A DNA stretch of 59,520 bases from a virus. Lineage: Duplodnaviria > Caudoviricetes. Below, piece by piece: positions 17,301 through 27,038 of the stretch (the first letter of the stretch is position 1; every line of letters begins with the position of its first letter). The notes under the pieces were generated by a model. That model saw only the letters and a list, made by a program, of their open reading frames with translations. It was not told the DNA's origin and did no database searches. Location: IMG/VR virus record IMGVR_UViG_3300030389_001291, positions 1 to 59,520 of that record; one strand, given 5' to 3'. The position numbers and the translations under genes are program-made.

Positions 17301-19306
17301 TTGCCTTTAACTTTTTCTGCTCTACCACTATAAACTAAATCTTCAAAGAATTGTGGGTCTTTTATACCTATCATTTTAAGACTTTGTTTATTAAATAAAG
17401 CTTTACTATTTTTTAAATTAGATACTGTTTCTGACACATCTTGTGCAGAATAAATTCTAGGCTGTAAATTTGGAAAATCTATTTTAGTATTAAATCTAGG
17501 TAATGATTGTATTCTAGCTAATAACAATTCTTTTTGAGGTTTAGTCATCTTTGCAAAAGAAGATGTACCAGTTAATCTTTTTGCTGCATATTGAAATGCA
17601 GCATCATTTACATCAATATTTATATTTTTTGAATTACCTATTTCTTTTAATCTTTTTATTGTTACATTAGTTTTATTGTTGTTTTCTATAACGGAAGGAT
17701 ATTTAGAATTTTTTGCAACTTGTTGAGACATATCTGTTATAAAAGTATTAAAGTCTTTTGCAGATAAAAGTTGTTTAACTTCTGTAAGTGTATAACTTTC
17801 TTTTAATGGTAGTTTTTTATATTTTTTATTTTTGCCTAACAATACATTTTGCATTGCTTGTACATTTTTTAAAGATGAATCATAGGGCACAATCTCTTTA
17901 AGACTAGCAGTAGTAGTATCTGTGTCCATAACTGTTTGTGCTAGTTCATAAGCAGAAGAACTTTTATTTAAACCTAATATATATAAATCATTATCTAATA
18001 TTTGTTTTTGTAAATTAACTTCAAAATCTTTTAACAGTTGTTCTTTTTTATTTATAGCATCAACTTCTTTATTAAAAGTATCAACTTCACCTAGATTATT
18101 ATCTATAAGGCTAAATGTATTATTTTGATTTTTTCTTATTTGTAATTGAGGAGGTGTAGAGGTTTCTACAGGTTTGGGAACATTATCTAATAATGGAAGG
18201 AGTAATGTTTCTTGAACATTAATATCTTGTGTTGGGTCGGCTATATCTATAACACCTTGTTGTTGTGCTATATCAAATGTTTTAGTTCTTAATAAGTCTT
18301 GTTTTTTCTTTTCTGCTCGTTTTTCTTGTTCTGCTCTATATTCTGATGCTATACCTCTTCTACCGCCATATCCTTGTATAACAGTATTTAATAAACCACC
18401 AGCAAAACCACCTACAGTAAAGTCATCAAATAGACTTTCTCCTATAGGAAGTTCATCGCTATAAAAACCTCTAGCATTTAAATCTTGTAATAGTCCTGCT
18501 GTACTTTCTTGAAGTCCTTCTTGAACAAAACCTGCTGTAAAGTTTTTAGCATGAGCAAATATTTTTTGAGATGTTGTTGCATCTCTTAATGCACTTTTAG
18601 GTATACTTCTAAAAAAATTAAATATAGGTAAAGCTTCTGTTGCACCAATAACAGATGATGTTAATGTACTTAAATTTTCAGCAAAGAATCCTGGTTTTTC
18701 TTCTCCATATACTTCTTCTGCTATATCCATCATATCTGCATTTTGAGACATATAAACAGATGAACCTAAACCTGCTGGATATAAAAATGGTTTTGATGTT
18801 AAAAATTTTGCATTAAAGTTTAAAGGATTTACTTTACCAAAACCTTTTGTACCAGGTTTAAATACTGGCATATATTTAGTACTTTTACCTCTTGATGCAG
18901 CACCTAATGCAACAAAAGGTATTAATGAGCCTACTGCTTGACCAGCTTTAGTACTAAAAGCATCTGCATATCTAGGGTCTCTATATCCTGCAATATTTTG
19001 AGCTATTCTTTCTTCTGTAGCTTTCATTTTATCTGCAAGTCTAACTAATGGACCTTCGCCTAATGAATCTTGTGCTAGTGCTTCAATAGGACCTCTTAAT
19101 CCCATAAGAGTAGTTTGTGCTATACCTCTAGGAACACTTTTTAGTGCTTCTATACTTTGTCCTATGAATGTGCCTTCTGTATATTCTTTTGCTACATCAG
19201 GACCATATTCAGGTATTTGTGATAATGCATAACCAACTTCTGCTCTAAGATTAGGGTCATCAGGAATGTATATTTCTCTTCCATCTGGTAAAGTAAAAGT
19301 TTTCAT
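11330..19306 (-). CDS. Large polyvalent internal virion (ejection) protein with a HExxH peptidase-like module, ART-like modules and an LPD38-like C-terminus
   Basis: 2658 aa and last gene of the late operon. Contains HELIH, FRAL/ASTT/EAEVL and C-terminal RDDNWVLP...KIPVPFEVG. Confidence 0.75.
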   Translation of the reverse strand: MKTFTLPDGREIYIPDDPNLRAEVGYALSQIPEYGPDVAKEYTEGTFIGQSIEALKSVPRGIAQTTLMGLRGPIEALAQDSLGEGPLVRLADKMKATEERIAQNIAGYRDPRYADAFSTKAGQAVGSLIPFVALGAASRGKSTKYMPVFKPGTKGFGKVNPLNFNAKFLTSKPFLYPAGLGSSVYMSQNADMMDIAEEVYGEEKPGFFAENLSTLTSSVIGATEALPIFNFFRSIPKSALRDATTSQKIFAHAKNFTAGFVQEGLQESTAGLLQDLNARGFYSDELPIGESLFDDFTVGGFAGGLLNTVIQGYGGRRGIASEYRAEQEKRAEKKKQDLLRTKTFDIAQQQGVIDIADPTQDINVQETLLLPLLDNVPKPVETSTPPQLQIRKNQNNTFSLIDNNLGEVDTFNKEVDAINKKEQLLKDFEVNLQKQILDNDLYILGLNKSSSAYELAQTVMDTDTTTASLKEIVPYDSSLKNVQAMQNVLLGKNKKYKKLPLKESYTLTEVKQLLSAKDFNTFITDMSQQVAKNSKYPSVIENNNKTNVTIKRLKEIGNSKNINIDVNDAAFQYAAKRLTGTSSFAKMTKPQKELLLARIQSLPRFNTKIDFPNLQPRIYSAQDVSETVSNLKNSKALFNKQSLKMIGIKDPQFFEDLVYSGRAEKVKGNQYKIADNFQEKIDRRADAFNETTEEFVNRLVTEGKLSSEAIAQLEQEQNNKESQQLPPVEEAKRTIDFAEAVEKGRINKFAQELRQRLAKVGLKETGVIVSDEILSTGALEQTADGSIRFVGRDKTVKAEYDRQTDIIFISLNAVNPNGTSTDADIQRKLNEILDHELIHALREKDLINEKEYDYLRKQVKKVRVPKSVDKIAFDKKETYFDRAKRINEPTIAEEQQPTPTKAPIFRSPAEINEFYTEEAIAEMYRNRKVESPLPERAEGIFNKIIEFFAELGESLRISGFDNANQIFEEIEAGRIGKRTRGKIRTTKLLDKGPPPTIGKVLDEVEDDYLDTPLFSKRGPRDETSGHVADYVPAQYGPPAHDLNEMPSEEFTPEGYSTFGADVDYNNLRIFSTARTEIQQQEEREFINKLIEIKDNPNAEITVYQAAPSRDLREGDLITPFLSDAQYLVDESKITRKEIREADKARRRAEGVVNLQQEKNFEAIDRIIDMFDMPDVTPSKVHTYKLRAGDIRWDGNNGWARWGYFPRIKPVDDIPTFSREADQAYFDREKRKRTISNLESSIEFKQAQLDAERGTMTDSSAKRLEREIKNQRQKIADLKAGDLPTFSRAYKPGPAKKIKNLDGTIVPGAYEYRGFVIEETGRYSELPGPAWKFAKIPEGLTALEALSKFDIFEDQTNSLYEAKEFIDRVYFGEDTGFELPTFSRTNLIPEDIEVPFNWASNNRFETGAILDQLIKSRISGTRDNPGPLKMAIVDAFKGKNNRPLLKASKKFLEKFTNKKGNLVLFRALNIPEGEKIKNYGQLPQDLFASTTLDSRQALKISRNLFTKAQSQGATWNPEILRYEVPMNKVKGYVPMLLKAMESDFITEFESDMAGSGIMSQEELDAAIEEADAKGDFYKYQGEQTTEELLADAIFEYNGFQEEAEVLADLRGIKPTYQYSPATKDRQASLINDVPLFSRGRRDNKTPNKALEEVIETVNNTARGGIPVYNLNASDTALEAAKEFIEDEGALPPDDIPTFLKNLDGVDPSIVEGINSTGSRTTPKNSMGYRFIDVAKDNISGKLQYFYNNMREQIIDKADKAQKAIIKMSEENEQVRRLNNTADTSTMAAIRLMDRARGIFQGMLNTGYVTDTVDGALSLVNTVPLSISTRYNPFIEGDTGTGGLMQILAPLYSTETDLESIFKYYALLKRKQGFDKSGRKIETPITEKNLNDIRKIQSNYPVVVEAYQNYQRWNNRLIDFAVAKGLLSKTRNISELAEDISAITKENENDLIQLSYEELMNKVNVLNKELSADKQIETRGTAQIWKENSDYYPFYRKMTDDTVAGPNIASGSLPNNPLSIKIEGSKEQIDVDVIEAISRNSLAILTAAMKNDGTAKLIRDMQIYGTARPISPVEISKNPKIKNNLDVVAVFNNGQKNYYEVENIEAFNVFKEVGGTPTGVLTNIFGGASSLLRDTVTRDPGFIAVNLLRDSLSTMVTSGANYTPIIDTFKSMGKDMAELEKFGVIGGYDFQNDEGSIKRYLKRNMRLSGLTNENGMSAKKAFFMLWDGLGNLTTKSDGATRLAVYNAVYKKLKEEGATEAQAQSEAAFQALEIINFGRRGANPAFRFITAAIPFLNARVQGLDVLWRSSTGQYSAVEKLGKNETINDVKRRIQINMATNAGILIAITFAYYMMMHDDDEYKNLKREVRDDNWVLPIFKDYAVKIPVPFEVGFLFKTVPERLFDFTLGDDAFSKKSGQELITSTRRGLKTSLSIDTPQLIKPLLEVIYNRNSYTGQEIVPYYQQKKAPGLQARPTTNYLVKEIAEFLNISPAKAEHFIRGYTGTLGGHVLSVIDVASRGATGEDILPSNVSLNRIPLFNRVLMNTDKAGGLQQQFYELRNEVDGMTQTLNSLKKAGRMDEYYAYRNSMQGVLNVKNQVRKMERYLAKWRERRDKILQNKNMSLTAKQDALERLELERDRRLAMVPELRKRANIPITHMGTF

Positions 19307-19308
19307 AT

Positions 19309-21390
19309 TTAAGCTAATCTTCTATCTACAGCGTCTTGTCCATATGCTTTTACTACATAATTATAAGCATCATTACCTATTGGTCTGCCATCACTACTTG
19401 TTATTGATTTAAGTGTATTTATATCTCCTCCTGAATTTAACCATTTATCAACATTACCAGGTCCTAAATTATAAGCTAAAGTACCAAGAAAAACATCGCC
19501 ATTATATTTATCTACCATTGCATAAAAATATTCTTCACCAACTCTTATTTTTTCTTCAACAGAATTATTTTTAGCAGGTTCAATACCATAACCAGGGTCA
19601 TCAAGAGTGCTAGGTAAAACTTGCATTGGACCTGTAGCTCCTGTAGTGCTATTTACAACATCTCTACCACTACTTTCTATTCTAATTATATTATCTATAA
19701 GAGGGTCTCCAGTAAGAAATTCAGTACTAGCATAACCTTCATCATTTGGATTTGGTGTTAATTTATCTTTTTTTTTATCTCTTGTACTTAAATAATTTTC
19801 AAGAAGTTTAGAACCTACACTAAGAAAAGGATATTTTACAGAAAAAGTTTTTTCTATTGCACCTGATATACCTTTTGATTCTGTATCTGGTGTATCTGAT
19901 TTTTTAACAGTTAGTGATTCAATTAATTTAGCAGGGTCAGGACCTTCAATACCATATAAAGTATTTATTTGTTGTACAACAGCATTTTGTGCTTGAATTA
20001 ATTGTTTATATCTTTCTGATTCTGTATCAGTTTCATTTTCTATAGCTTTAGAAATAGCATTTAATCTGGTATATAACATTTGTTCTTGTTGACCAGTTAA
20101 TACTTTTTCTTTATATCTTCTTTCTTGTATATCACCAGCTAATGCAGTAATGCCAGACCCTAATTCGCTCATATTTCTAGCACCCATAATAATACCGCCT
20201 AGTTTAGCTAAGTCTAATGGGTCTATGCCTGACTTTTTTTCAGGTGGTGGTGGTTTATCACCTCCACCAAAATCACCTAAATCTGGTGTTTTTTCATCAT
20301 CTTGCAAAGCATAATATCCTGTTGTTAATCCTGCAGCACCTAAACCACCATATAAAAATTTAGCTAATCTTGGATTTCTACTTAAAAAATTACCACCAAT
20401 TACTGCTAAAGGTCCTCCTCCTGATGGAACTAAACTTGTACTTGAACTTATAGGAATTAAATTTGTTCCTGTAGTTGGTATATTTGGTTTAGGTAAATTA
20501 GAACCACCTGGTTTAGGTAATATTTTAGGCACATCATCAGTAAAATCTATAACATCATCAGCAACTTTGCTACCTCTTAAACCTTTGATACTTTGAATTG
20601 TACCTTGTACTCCTCTTATAGCACCTCTTCCAGCTAAACCAAAAGCTCCAGCTAAAGGTATATAGTTTAAATAATCCATTGGTTCATCTGTCATTCTAGC
20701 TAGTGTAGGTCTTTCAGCATCTGGTCTTGGGTCTCCAAAAAAGAATTGTGTACCACCTTCTATAAATTTATCAAAAGCACTAGGTTCTTTTGCTGCATCT
20801 ATTGCAGCTTGTAAATCTTCTGGTAATTTTGTTGGTGATAATAATACATCTGAGATTGAAGAACCTAGTGGTATCGAAGGTTCTGTCAATAAACGAGTAC
20901 TTGCATCAGGGTATAAATTTAACAAATAACTTTTTCTTCTTTCATCATTTGCTAAATTAATTTGTTCTATAATTTCTTTATCAGATAAATTTACAATATC
21001 AATTCCTAAAGCATTAGCTTCTGCAATTTGTTGTCTTGTTAAACCACCAGATTGATAACCAGTTCTACCACCACTAGCCATTATTTGCATAGGAGAGGGC
21101 GGAGCCATGTTCTCCGTGCCACCTAGTTGGAAAGCATTTAGTGTACCAGGTGGTTGAGCCATAGCTCCTAAACCTTGACTACCAGAAAATTCAGCTACTA
21201 ATTCTTCAGCAACTGTAGTTTCTGGTTTTGGTTGTTGAGCAGCATACATTTTTTCCATTTGTGTACGCCTTTGTATTTCACTTAATACTAAAAAAGATGG
21301 ATAACTAGCATTAGGGTCTTGCGACATTTGTATAAGTTGTTCTTTAGGAACAAACTCTAACTCTTCTGCTGCTCTAACTAAATTTGACAT
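19309..21390 (-). CDS. Internal virion protein with a C-terminal lytic transglycosylase (SLT)
   Basis: IIRIESSG, GATGPMQVLPST and AYNLGPGNV motifs. Confidence 0.85.
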   Translation of the reverse strand: MSNLVRAAEELEFVPKEQLIQMSQDPNASYPSFLVLSEIQRRTQMEKMYAAQQPKPETTVAEELVAEFSGSQGLGAMAQPPGTLNAFQLGGTENMAPPSPMQIMASGGRTGYQSGGLTRQQIAEANALGIDIVNLSDKEIIEQINLANDERRKSYLLNLYPDASTRLLTEPSIPLGSSISDVLLSPTKLPEDLQAAIDAAKEPSAFDKFIEGGTQFFFGDPRPDAERPTLARMTDEPMDYLNYIPLAGAFGLAGRGAIRGVQGTIQSIKGLRGSKVADDVIDFTDDVPKILPKPGGSNLPKPNIPTTGTNLIPISSSTSLVPSGGGPLAVIGGNFLSRNPRLAKFLYGGLGAAGLTTGYYALQDDEKTPDLGDFGGGDKPPPPEKKSGIDPLDLAKLGGIIMGARNMSELGSGITALAGDIQERRYKEKVLTGQQEQMLYTRLNAISKAIENETDTESERYKQLIQAQNAVVQQINTLYGIEGPDPAKLIESLTVKKSDTPDTESKGISGAIEKTFSVKYPFLSVGSKLLENYLSTRDKKKDKLTPNPNDEGYASTEFLTGDPLIDNIIRIESSGRDVVNSTTGATGPMQVLPSTLDDPGYGIEPAKNNSVEEKIRVGEEYFYAMVDKYNGDVFLGTLAYNLGPGNVDKWLNSGGDINTLKSITSSDGRPIGNDAYNYVVKAYGQDAVDRRLA

Positions 21391-22574
21391 TAACTTAAAC
21401 CTCTATATAGACCTAAACCACTTAATCCAGCACCGACTGCTGTTTGAAATAATCCTGGTTGTTGTTGATATGTGCTTATATTTTGTTCAGGCTGTACAGG
21501 TATTCCTTGTAATAATCCACCTAAAAAACCTAATTGTTGTTGACCATAACCTTGTTGTCTTAAAAAATCTTGATAACCCATATCTAAAGCTGCTTGTTGC
21601 ATTGCTCTTTGTTGTTGACCTATACCACCTAATGCTGCAATTCTTTCTCTTACATCGGATTGTATATCTCCACCAACATTTCTTAGAGCATCTATAGATG
21701 CTAGACCAAATCTTTGAGACATATCATAAGCTGATTGGTCAAATTTTTCTTGTGCTTGTCTAGCAGCTTCTTCTTGTTGTTGTGCTGTTAAACCAAGTTT
21801 TGCTGCTTGTTGTCTTGCTGATTCAGCAGCTAGGTATCTTTGTGTTTGTAATTGTGTTTCTCTTTGCCTACTTTGTTCTTCAGCCATATATTGTTGTAAA
21901 TTTAACTTTTGTCCAGTTAATTGTGCTTGTCTTTCTGCTGCTAATTGTTGTTGTGCTGATTGATAAGCACCTAAACTACCTTTTGTTTGTATATCGCTTA
22001 ATTGTTGTGCTAAATTACGCTCTCTTTCTGCTTGTATGATACCTTCACGATAACCACCTAAACCACCAACTCTTGTTGCTGCATCTGATGATTTATCACC
22101 CATCATTTCAGAAGCTCTTATAGCTTCTCTTTTTGCTATATCTGTAACATTTTGTTGATAAGGATTCATAAATCTATTGATATTAGATTCAAAATCTAAT
22201 GTATCAAATCTTGGTCCAAAATTTCTTGATTGATAACCTTGTCCTATCATTCCTGCTTGATAACCAGGGTCAAACATACCAGCTTGATAACCAGAACCAT
22301 ATGGTCCACCCATCATTATTGCTCTATTAGATGCTATTTGATATTCTGGAGGTGTACCTGCTTGGGCATAACCTCTAGTCATACCCTGTGATGTTAACTC
22401 ATCAGGAGAAAAATAAGCTATTCTTTCTCCACCATATGGTGTATATGGTTGATTAGATTCAGCTTCTCCTCTTTGTAAAAGTCTCTCAAAATATGGTTGT
22501 ACATATTCTGGTAAATTACTTTGAGTTACTTTTGTTTCAGTTGGTGCTGGTGTACTTTTACTTCTTCCGCCCAT
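21390..22574 (-). CDS. Internal virion / DNA ejection protein
   Basis: Gln/Gly/Ala-rich helical protein in the podoviral ejection cluster. Confidence 0.7.
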   Translation of the reverse strand: MGGRSKSTPAPTETKVTQSNLPEYVQPYFERLLQRGEAESNQPYTPYGGERIAYFSPDELTSQGMTRGYAQAGTPPEYQIASNRAIMMGGPYGSGYQAGMFDPGYQAGMIGQGYQSRNFGPRFDTLDFESNINRFMNPYQQNVTDIAKREAIRASEMMGDKSSDAATRVGGLGGYREGIIQAERERNLAQQLSDIQTKGSLGAYQSAQQQLAAERQAQLTGQKLNLQQYMAEEQSRQRETQLQTQRYLAAESARQQAAKLGLTAQQQEEAARQAQEKFDQSAYDMSQRFGLASIDALRNVGGDIQSDVRERIAALGGIGQQQRAMQQAALDMGYQDFLRQQGYGQQQLGFLGGLLQGIPVQPEQNISTYQQQPGLFQTAVGAGLSGLGLYRGLS

Positions 22575-23053
22575 TATTCATTCTCCTTAAACTCATATTC
22601 AAAAAATATTGCTGTTTTTTCCCAACCTTGTCTATCTTTTATCCAGTTCCAAAAACCTGGTCTGCCTATACCTTCAATACCAACACATTCATTACTTTTT
22701 GCCCATTTATTAATAACTTCAAGACCTCTATCAATCCATTCGTTCATTTTTTTACCGCCTATATGGTCTATATTTAACATTTTTTTACCAGTAGGATATA
22801 TAGCTATTTGAGTTATTGCACATCCAAATATGTCTAATGTTTCTTTATCAAAGATAATCCATAAAGAAGCTTTTTGATTTAAACAATCATAAAATATATC
22901 TTGTGGTAAAGCTCTTCCATTAGAGCGTTTACAAGATTTTTGTAAATGTTTTTCACAATCTTCCCATACTAAAGTTAATTTATCGCTTGGTACAAGAGAT
23001 ATATCAAAATCATTTTCTATTTCTAGTTTTAATTTTTCTGCTACTTCATTCAT
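22574..23053 (-). CDS. Virion-assembly protein (acyltransferase-like fold)
   Basis: IGGKKMNEW...IEGIGRPGF pattern, positioned before the ejection genes. Confidence 0.6.
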   Translation of the reverse strand: MNEVAEKLKLEIENDFDISLVPSDKLTLVWEDCEKHLQKSCKRSNGRALPQDIFYDCLNQKASLWIIFDKETLDIFGCAITQIAIYPTGKKMLNIDHIGGKKMNEWIDRGLEVINKWAKSNECVGIEGIGRPGFWNWIKDRQGWEKTAIFFEYEFKENE

Positions 23054-25251
23054 GCTGGTAATACCTTATCTACTTCTATAGGTTCTGCTTGTGTTGTACC
23101 ACCAGTTTTAGCCATTCTAACTCTATCTAACATACCATCTAGTTGTTTAGAACCTGCATCAGAACTGCCATCTCCTAACATTGATACAACATCTGCAGGA
23201 ATAATATATTCATCTTGTGATACAGCAGCAGCAGTTCTATCTGCTCCTATTGACATAGATAAATCATCAGCCATACCACTATTACCACGACCTGTTATAA
23301 GTCCCTCAGTTTGGGCATTAGGATTATTTGCAGCTTCTTTTAATATACTGTCTCTTAACATTCTAAATTGGTCTGTACCATATTTATTAACAAATATCAT
23401 AATAATATCTTCATTATCAGATTCGCCTAAAATAAATCTTATAGTTTCTTGTACTATTGGGTCTTGCATCATATCAGTTGGACCACCTGCATCAAACTTA
23501 TCAGTTTTAGCTGCAATTTTTTCTACACCTTCTTTACCTTTAGGTCCAGAATCATACATAGCTTTTAATCCTTCAGGTAGTTTATCTACTTCTACATTAG
23601 TATCTCCACCACCTGAAAACATAGGTGCACCAAACATAGGCATACTACCCATAGGTTTAAATCCTGTTGGCGGTGTCATGGGTGTATTAAATGGTGCTGC
23701 TGGTGAGGGTGGTGTAAATACAGGTCCTCTCTCATTAAATGTAGGACTGCTACCTGGAAATACTCTAACTGGGTCAGGCATTGGTTTATTTATTTCACCA
23801 CCTGGTCCACCTATAGACATAAAGTTATCTCTAGGATTAGTAGTATTTATTTTTGTAAAATCAGGTATTGTTACATCTGCACCACCTTCAATAGGTAAGG
23901 TTATTGTTGGTTCAGGTGTTATTGGTGGATTTACAGGTCCAGTTGCTACAGGTCCAGGAGTAATAAAATTATCTGGTGGTGCAATAGGTTGTTCTATTTT
24001 AGTTCTACCTTTACGACCTATATTATCATCAATAGGAGGAACTATAGGTCCATCTGGAGGTGGTAAATCACCACCATCACTAGGAGGGGGAACATCACTA
24101 GGAGGTGGTGTATTTACAGGGGGGTTAAAAGGTTGTGGAAAAAATGATGGTATAGGTTGTGTATTAAATCTTGCATATGGATTATACATACCACTTGTTT
24201 GAGGATTGCCATAAAAACTTTGATAACTTGAAGTTTGCATAAATGGATTACCAAATCCTCCAAATCTAGGTGTAAATGGTCTAAAACCTCTACCTCCCAT
24301 AAATGGTGGTTGTACAGGCATAGGTGGTCTGAATCCACCATAATTTAACATAGGAGGTAGTGCTTCTGTATTTTGTGGTTGACTTATATTACTAGCATAT
24401 CTTGTTAGATATGTTGTTGGGTCATCTCCTTGAAAATAACGAAATTCAGGAGAAAAACCTGGCATAAAACCAGATGGTATAGGTCTAGCTCTTCTTGCCA
24501 TAAATTGTAAACTACCATCAGAACTTGGATTAAAATCATTAGTTTGTCTTGGGTCGTAGTAAACATTTTGACCTCTTCTATATCCTGTTTTACCGCCATC
24601 TGCAAAACTTGTACTACCACCTGAAGCTATTGGTATTTGTTCAGGATAATTTTCATACATTTTTCTTTTACGCTCTTCTTCATCTAATTGAAGTTGAGCC
24701 ATTTCTCTTTCAAATTGTTCTTGTGATGCCATTACTCCTTGTGTTCCTGCACTAACTCCTGCTACTATTCCACTTGGAGTCATTGCTGCATCAGCTAAAG
24801 TTTTAACTCCTATATCAAATTTATTTGTACCACCTCCTGGAGTTTGAGTAAATATATCTTTCATTGATGCAAAAGCTGATTGGTCTACAGGTGCACCTGT
24901 ACCACCTGCTGCTGTACCTAAAGCTTTTGTACCCATACCTGCTGTAAGACCTGATAGTAATGCTTTACTTCCAGAACCACCTGTTTGTGCATATGTAGCT
25001 AAACCTGCTCCTATACCTGCCATAGCTGCTGCTGATAAACCTGTTCCAGCTAAAATAGCAGGTGCTATTGCTGCACCTAATACTGGTGCTAAGAAAGGTA
25101 AGAAAGCTTCAGGTTGTCCTGTTTGAGGATTAACTGTTATTGGCATAGCTTGTGCTAAACCTTTAACTTCTGCAGGATTTACATGGAGAAGCATAGAATC
25201 TCCAAAACGACCTTGTGCTGCTACATTCTGAGTTTGTTGTTTTATATCCAT
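23050..25251 (-). CDS. Pro/Gly-rich virion protein
   Basis: 733 aa. N-terminal GRFGDSMLLHVNP...NPQTGQPEAF and C-terminal EYIIPADVVSMLGDGSSDAG segments flank a low-complexity centre. Confidence 0.7.
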   Translation of the reverse strand: MDIKQQTQNVAAQGRFGDSMLLHVNPAEVKGLAQAMPITVNPQTGQPEAFLPFLAPVLGAAIAPAILAGTGLSAAAMAGIGAGLATYAQTGGSGSKALLSGLTAGMGTKALGTAAGGTGAPVDQSAFASMKDIFTQTPGGGTNKFDIGVKTLADAAMTPSGIVAGVSAGTQGVMASQEQFEREMAQLQLDEEERKRKMYENYPEQIPIASGGSTSFADGGKTGYRRGQNVYYDPRQTNDFNPSSDGSLQFMARRARPIPSGFMPGFSPEFRYFQGDDPTTYLTRYASNISQPQNTEALPPMLNYGGFRPPMPVQPPFMGGRGFRPFTPRFGGFGNPFMQTSSYQSFYGNPQTSGMYNPYARFNTQPIPSFFPQPFNPPVNTPPPSDVPPPSDGGDLPPPDGPIVPPIDDNIGRKGRTKIEQPIAPPDNFITPGPVATGPVNPPITPEPTITLPIEGGADVTIPDFTKINTTNPRDNFMSIGGPGGEINKPMPDPVRVFPGSSPTFNERGPVFTPPSPAAPFNTPMTPPTGFKPMGSMPMFGAPMFSGGGDTNVEVDKLPEGLKAMYDSGPKGKEGVEKIAAKTDKFDAGGPTDMMQDPIVQETIRFILGESDNEDIIMIFVNKYGTDQFRMLRDSILKEAANNPNAQTEGLITGRGNSGMADDLSMSIGADRTAAAVSQDEYIIPADVVSMLGDGSSDAGSKQLDGMLDRVRMAKTGGTTQAEPIEVDKVLPA

Positions 25252-25259
25252 AAGTTTCC

Positions 25260-27038
25260 TTATTTATTTAATTTTTTTTGTACTAATTTTGTTAAACCAC
25301 CAGACTTAAAAAAAAATGATACTGGTTTTATTTCTCCTGATTCAGGTATTAGTTCACCTGGTCCTTCAGGATTACCATATAATTCTATATTTTTTAATGC
25401 TTCTTCTTTTTTTATTGTATCTTGATAACCTTGTTTAACATCAAAAAAATATTTTTGTGGTTTTTTAATAATACTTTGTCCAGTTTTTTTAAGTTTATTT
25501 TCAAATTCATTAATTTGTTGTATTGCTTCATCTAAAGTTATTTTTTGTTCTGCAGCAAATACACCAAGTTGATATGGGTCTTGATAAAAAATTGTATTAC
25601 TAAATTTTGGTGATTCTGTAAAACCTTGCGTAGAATCTGCTAAGGAAGCACCTGCTGCAATCATACCTAATTGATGTGCTGTTAAAGGAGGATATTTTTC
25701 TCCAGTTATACTAGCAGTTCTTCGTTTAGTCATGCTAGTAGTTTTTGGTTTAAAATTTGTTAATAATTTAGCAACTTTACCTGTTGCATAACCTACTTTA
25801 CCACCATTTGCTTTTTCTTGTATTGGTATACTATAAATTGGTCTTGAATAATCTACTGGTTCTATACCTGTTAAATTAAAATATTTAGCTACATTAGGAT
25901 TTTCAGATATTAATTTTAATATTCCTGGACTCATTTTATATGAAAACTCTTTATCATCTATAGTTTCATATACAGGTCTATCGTATATAAGTTTACCTCC
26001 CTCTTCTATAGCTGGAGTTCCTGCTTGTGCTAATTCTTTTAATCTTTGTTCATTAAAAAAATCTTCTGTTATATCTACTCTCTCACCTGCTGGATTTATA
26101 TATCCTAGTGGAGAACCTTCTCCTGCTCCAAAATATGTATATCCAGGAGTTACTGGAGTATCTCGACCTTCCATTACTACTGGAGCAACATCTGTTCTTA
26201 CTGGTTCTTGTGTATATTCTTCTCTACCAGTTACAACTCTTTGTCCAATAAGTTCATTAATCCTATCTCTAGTATAATCTACAACTAGAGGAGACTTTGT
26301 ATCTGCTAAAGCATCTACTATTTGTTGTTTATCATAACCAAAAGAAGCTAATAATCTTACTATATTTTCTGCTTTTGTTTGCATAGCACCTGGTTCTTCA
26401 TCACGACCAGATGTTGCAAATATTTCTTTAGGCATATCTTTAAATTGAGGGTCTATAGAACCTAATATATTGTATATATCTTGCCTTCCTGGAAAAGCAT
26501 CTACTATATATCCTTGTTCACTAAATTTTAATGGATTAGATGTATCTCTTACAATTCTTGATAAATCATTAGGTGCACTTTGACTAAGTATATTATTAAT
26601 GTTTTTAGTTGCTTCATCTTTTGATATGTTGCCATCTAATAAATTTTTATAAGTATTTGTTATATCACCAATATTATCAGACAAATACCTAGAATGTATG
26701 TTTACAGATTTACTTTTTGGAAAATCGTCAAACATATCTCCACGACCTATTTTATTTAATATAGGATTATTCTTTGCTAAATATAATGCTTCTTCTATAG
26801 CTTTTATATCTTTACTATTATATCTTGTTGCAAATTCTGGTCGTCTTAACTTAGCTCTAAAGTTATAAGGATTATTGTAACCAGCAGTTTCTAGGTAATC
26901 ATTAATTAAAAAATTATCACTAGAAGCACCAAACATTTTTTTTGTATATGTTTTTTCTATTTTATCTTGTGGTGTCAATAAAAATTCTGTAAATTCTTGA
27001 ATTTCTTTAGCAATATCTACTTTTTTTTCTTTTGCCAT
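25260..27038 (-). CDS. Hypothetical protein, probably virion-associated
   Basis: 592-aa ORF in the late operon. Confidence 0.7.
   Translation of the reverse strand: MAKEKKVDIAKEIQEFTEFLLTPQDKIEKTYTKKMFGASSDNFLINDYLETAGYNNPYNFRAKLRRPEFATRYNSKDIKAIEEALYLAKNNPILNKIGRGDMFDDFPKSKSVNIHSRYLSDNIGDITNTYKNLLDGNISKDEATKNINNILSQSAPNDLSRIVRDTSNPLKFSEQGYIVDAFPGRQDIYNILGSIDPQFKDMPKEIFATSGRDEEPGAMQTKAENIVRLLASFGYDKQQIVDALADTKSPLVVDYTRDRINELIGQRVVTGREEYTQEPVRTDVAPVVMEGRDTPVTPGYTYFGAGEGSPLGYINPAGERVDITEDFFNEQRLKELAQAGTPAIEEGGKLIYDRPVYETIDDKEFSYKMSPGILKLISENPNVAKYFNLTGIEPVDYSRPIYSIPIQEKANGGKVGYATGKVAKLLTNFKPKTTSMTKRRTASITGEKYPPLTAHQLGMIAAGASLADSTQGFTESPKFSNTIFYQDPYQLGVFAAEQKITLDEAIQQINEFENKLKKTGQSIIKKPQKYFFDVKQGYQDTIKKEEALKNIELYGNPEGPGELIPESGEIKPVSFFFKSGGLTKLVQKKLNK

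Noticed and set aside
23678-24202. Opposite-strand or alternate-frame ORFs (e.g. 23678-24202, 34209-34667, 52211-52546, 58217-58684)
   Set aside because: They are shadows of long, well-supported genes, arising from codon bias or repeats, with no clear SD or recognisable motifs.
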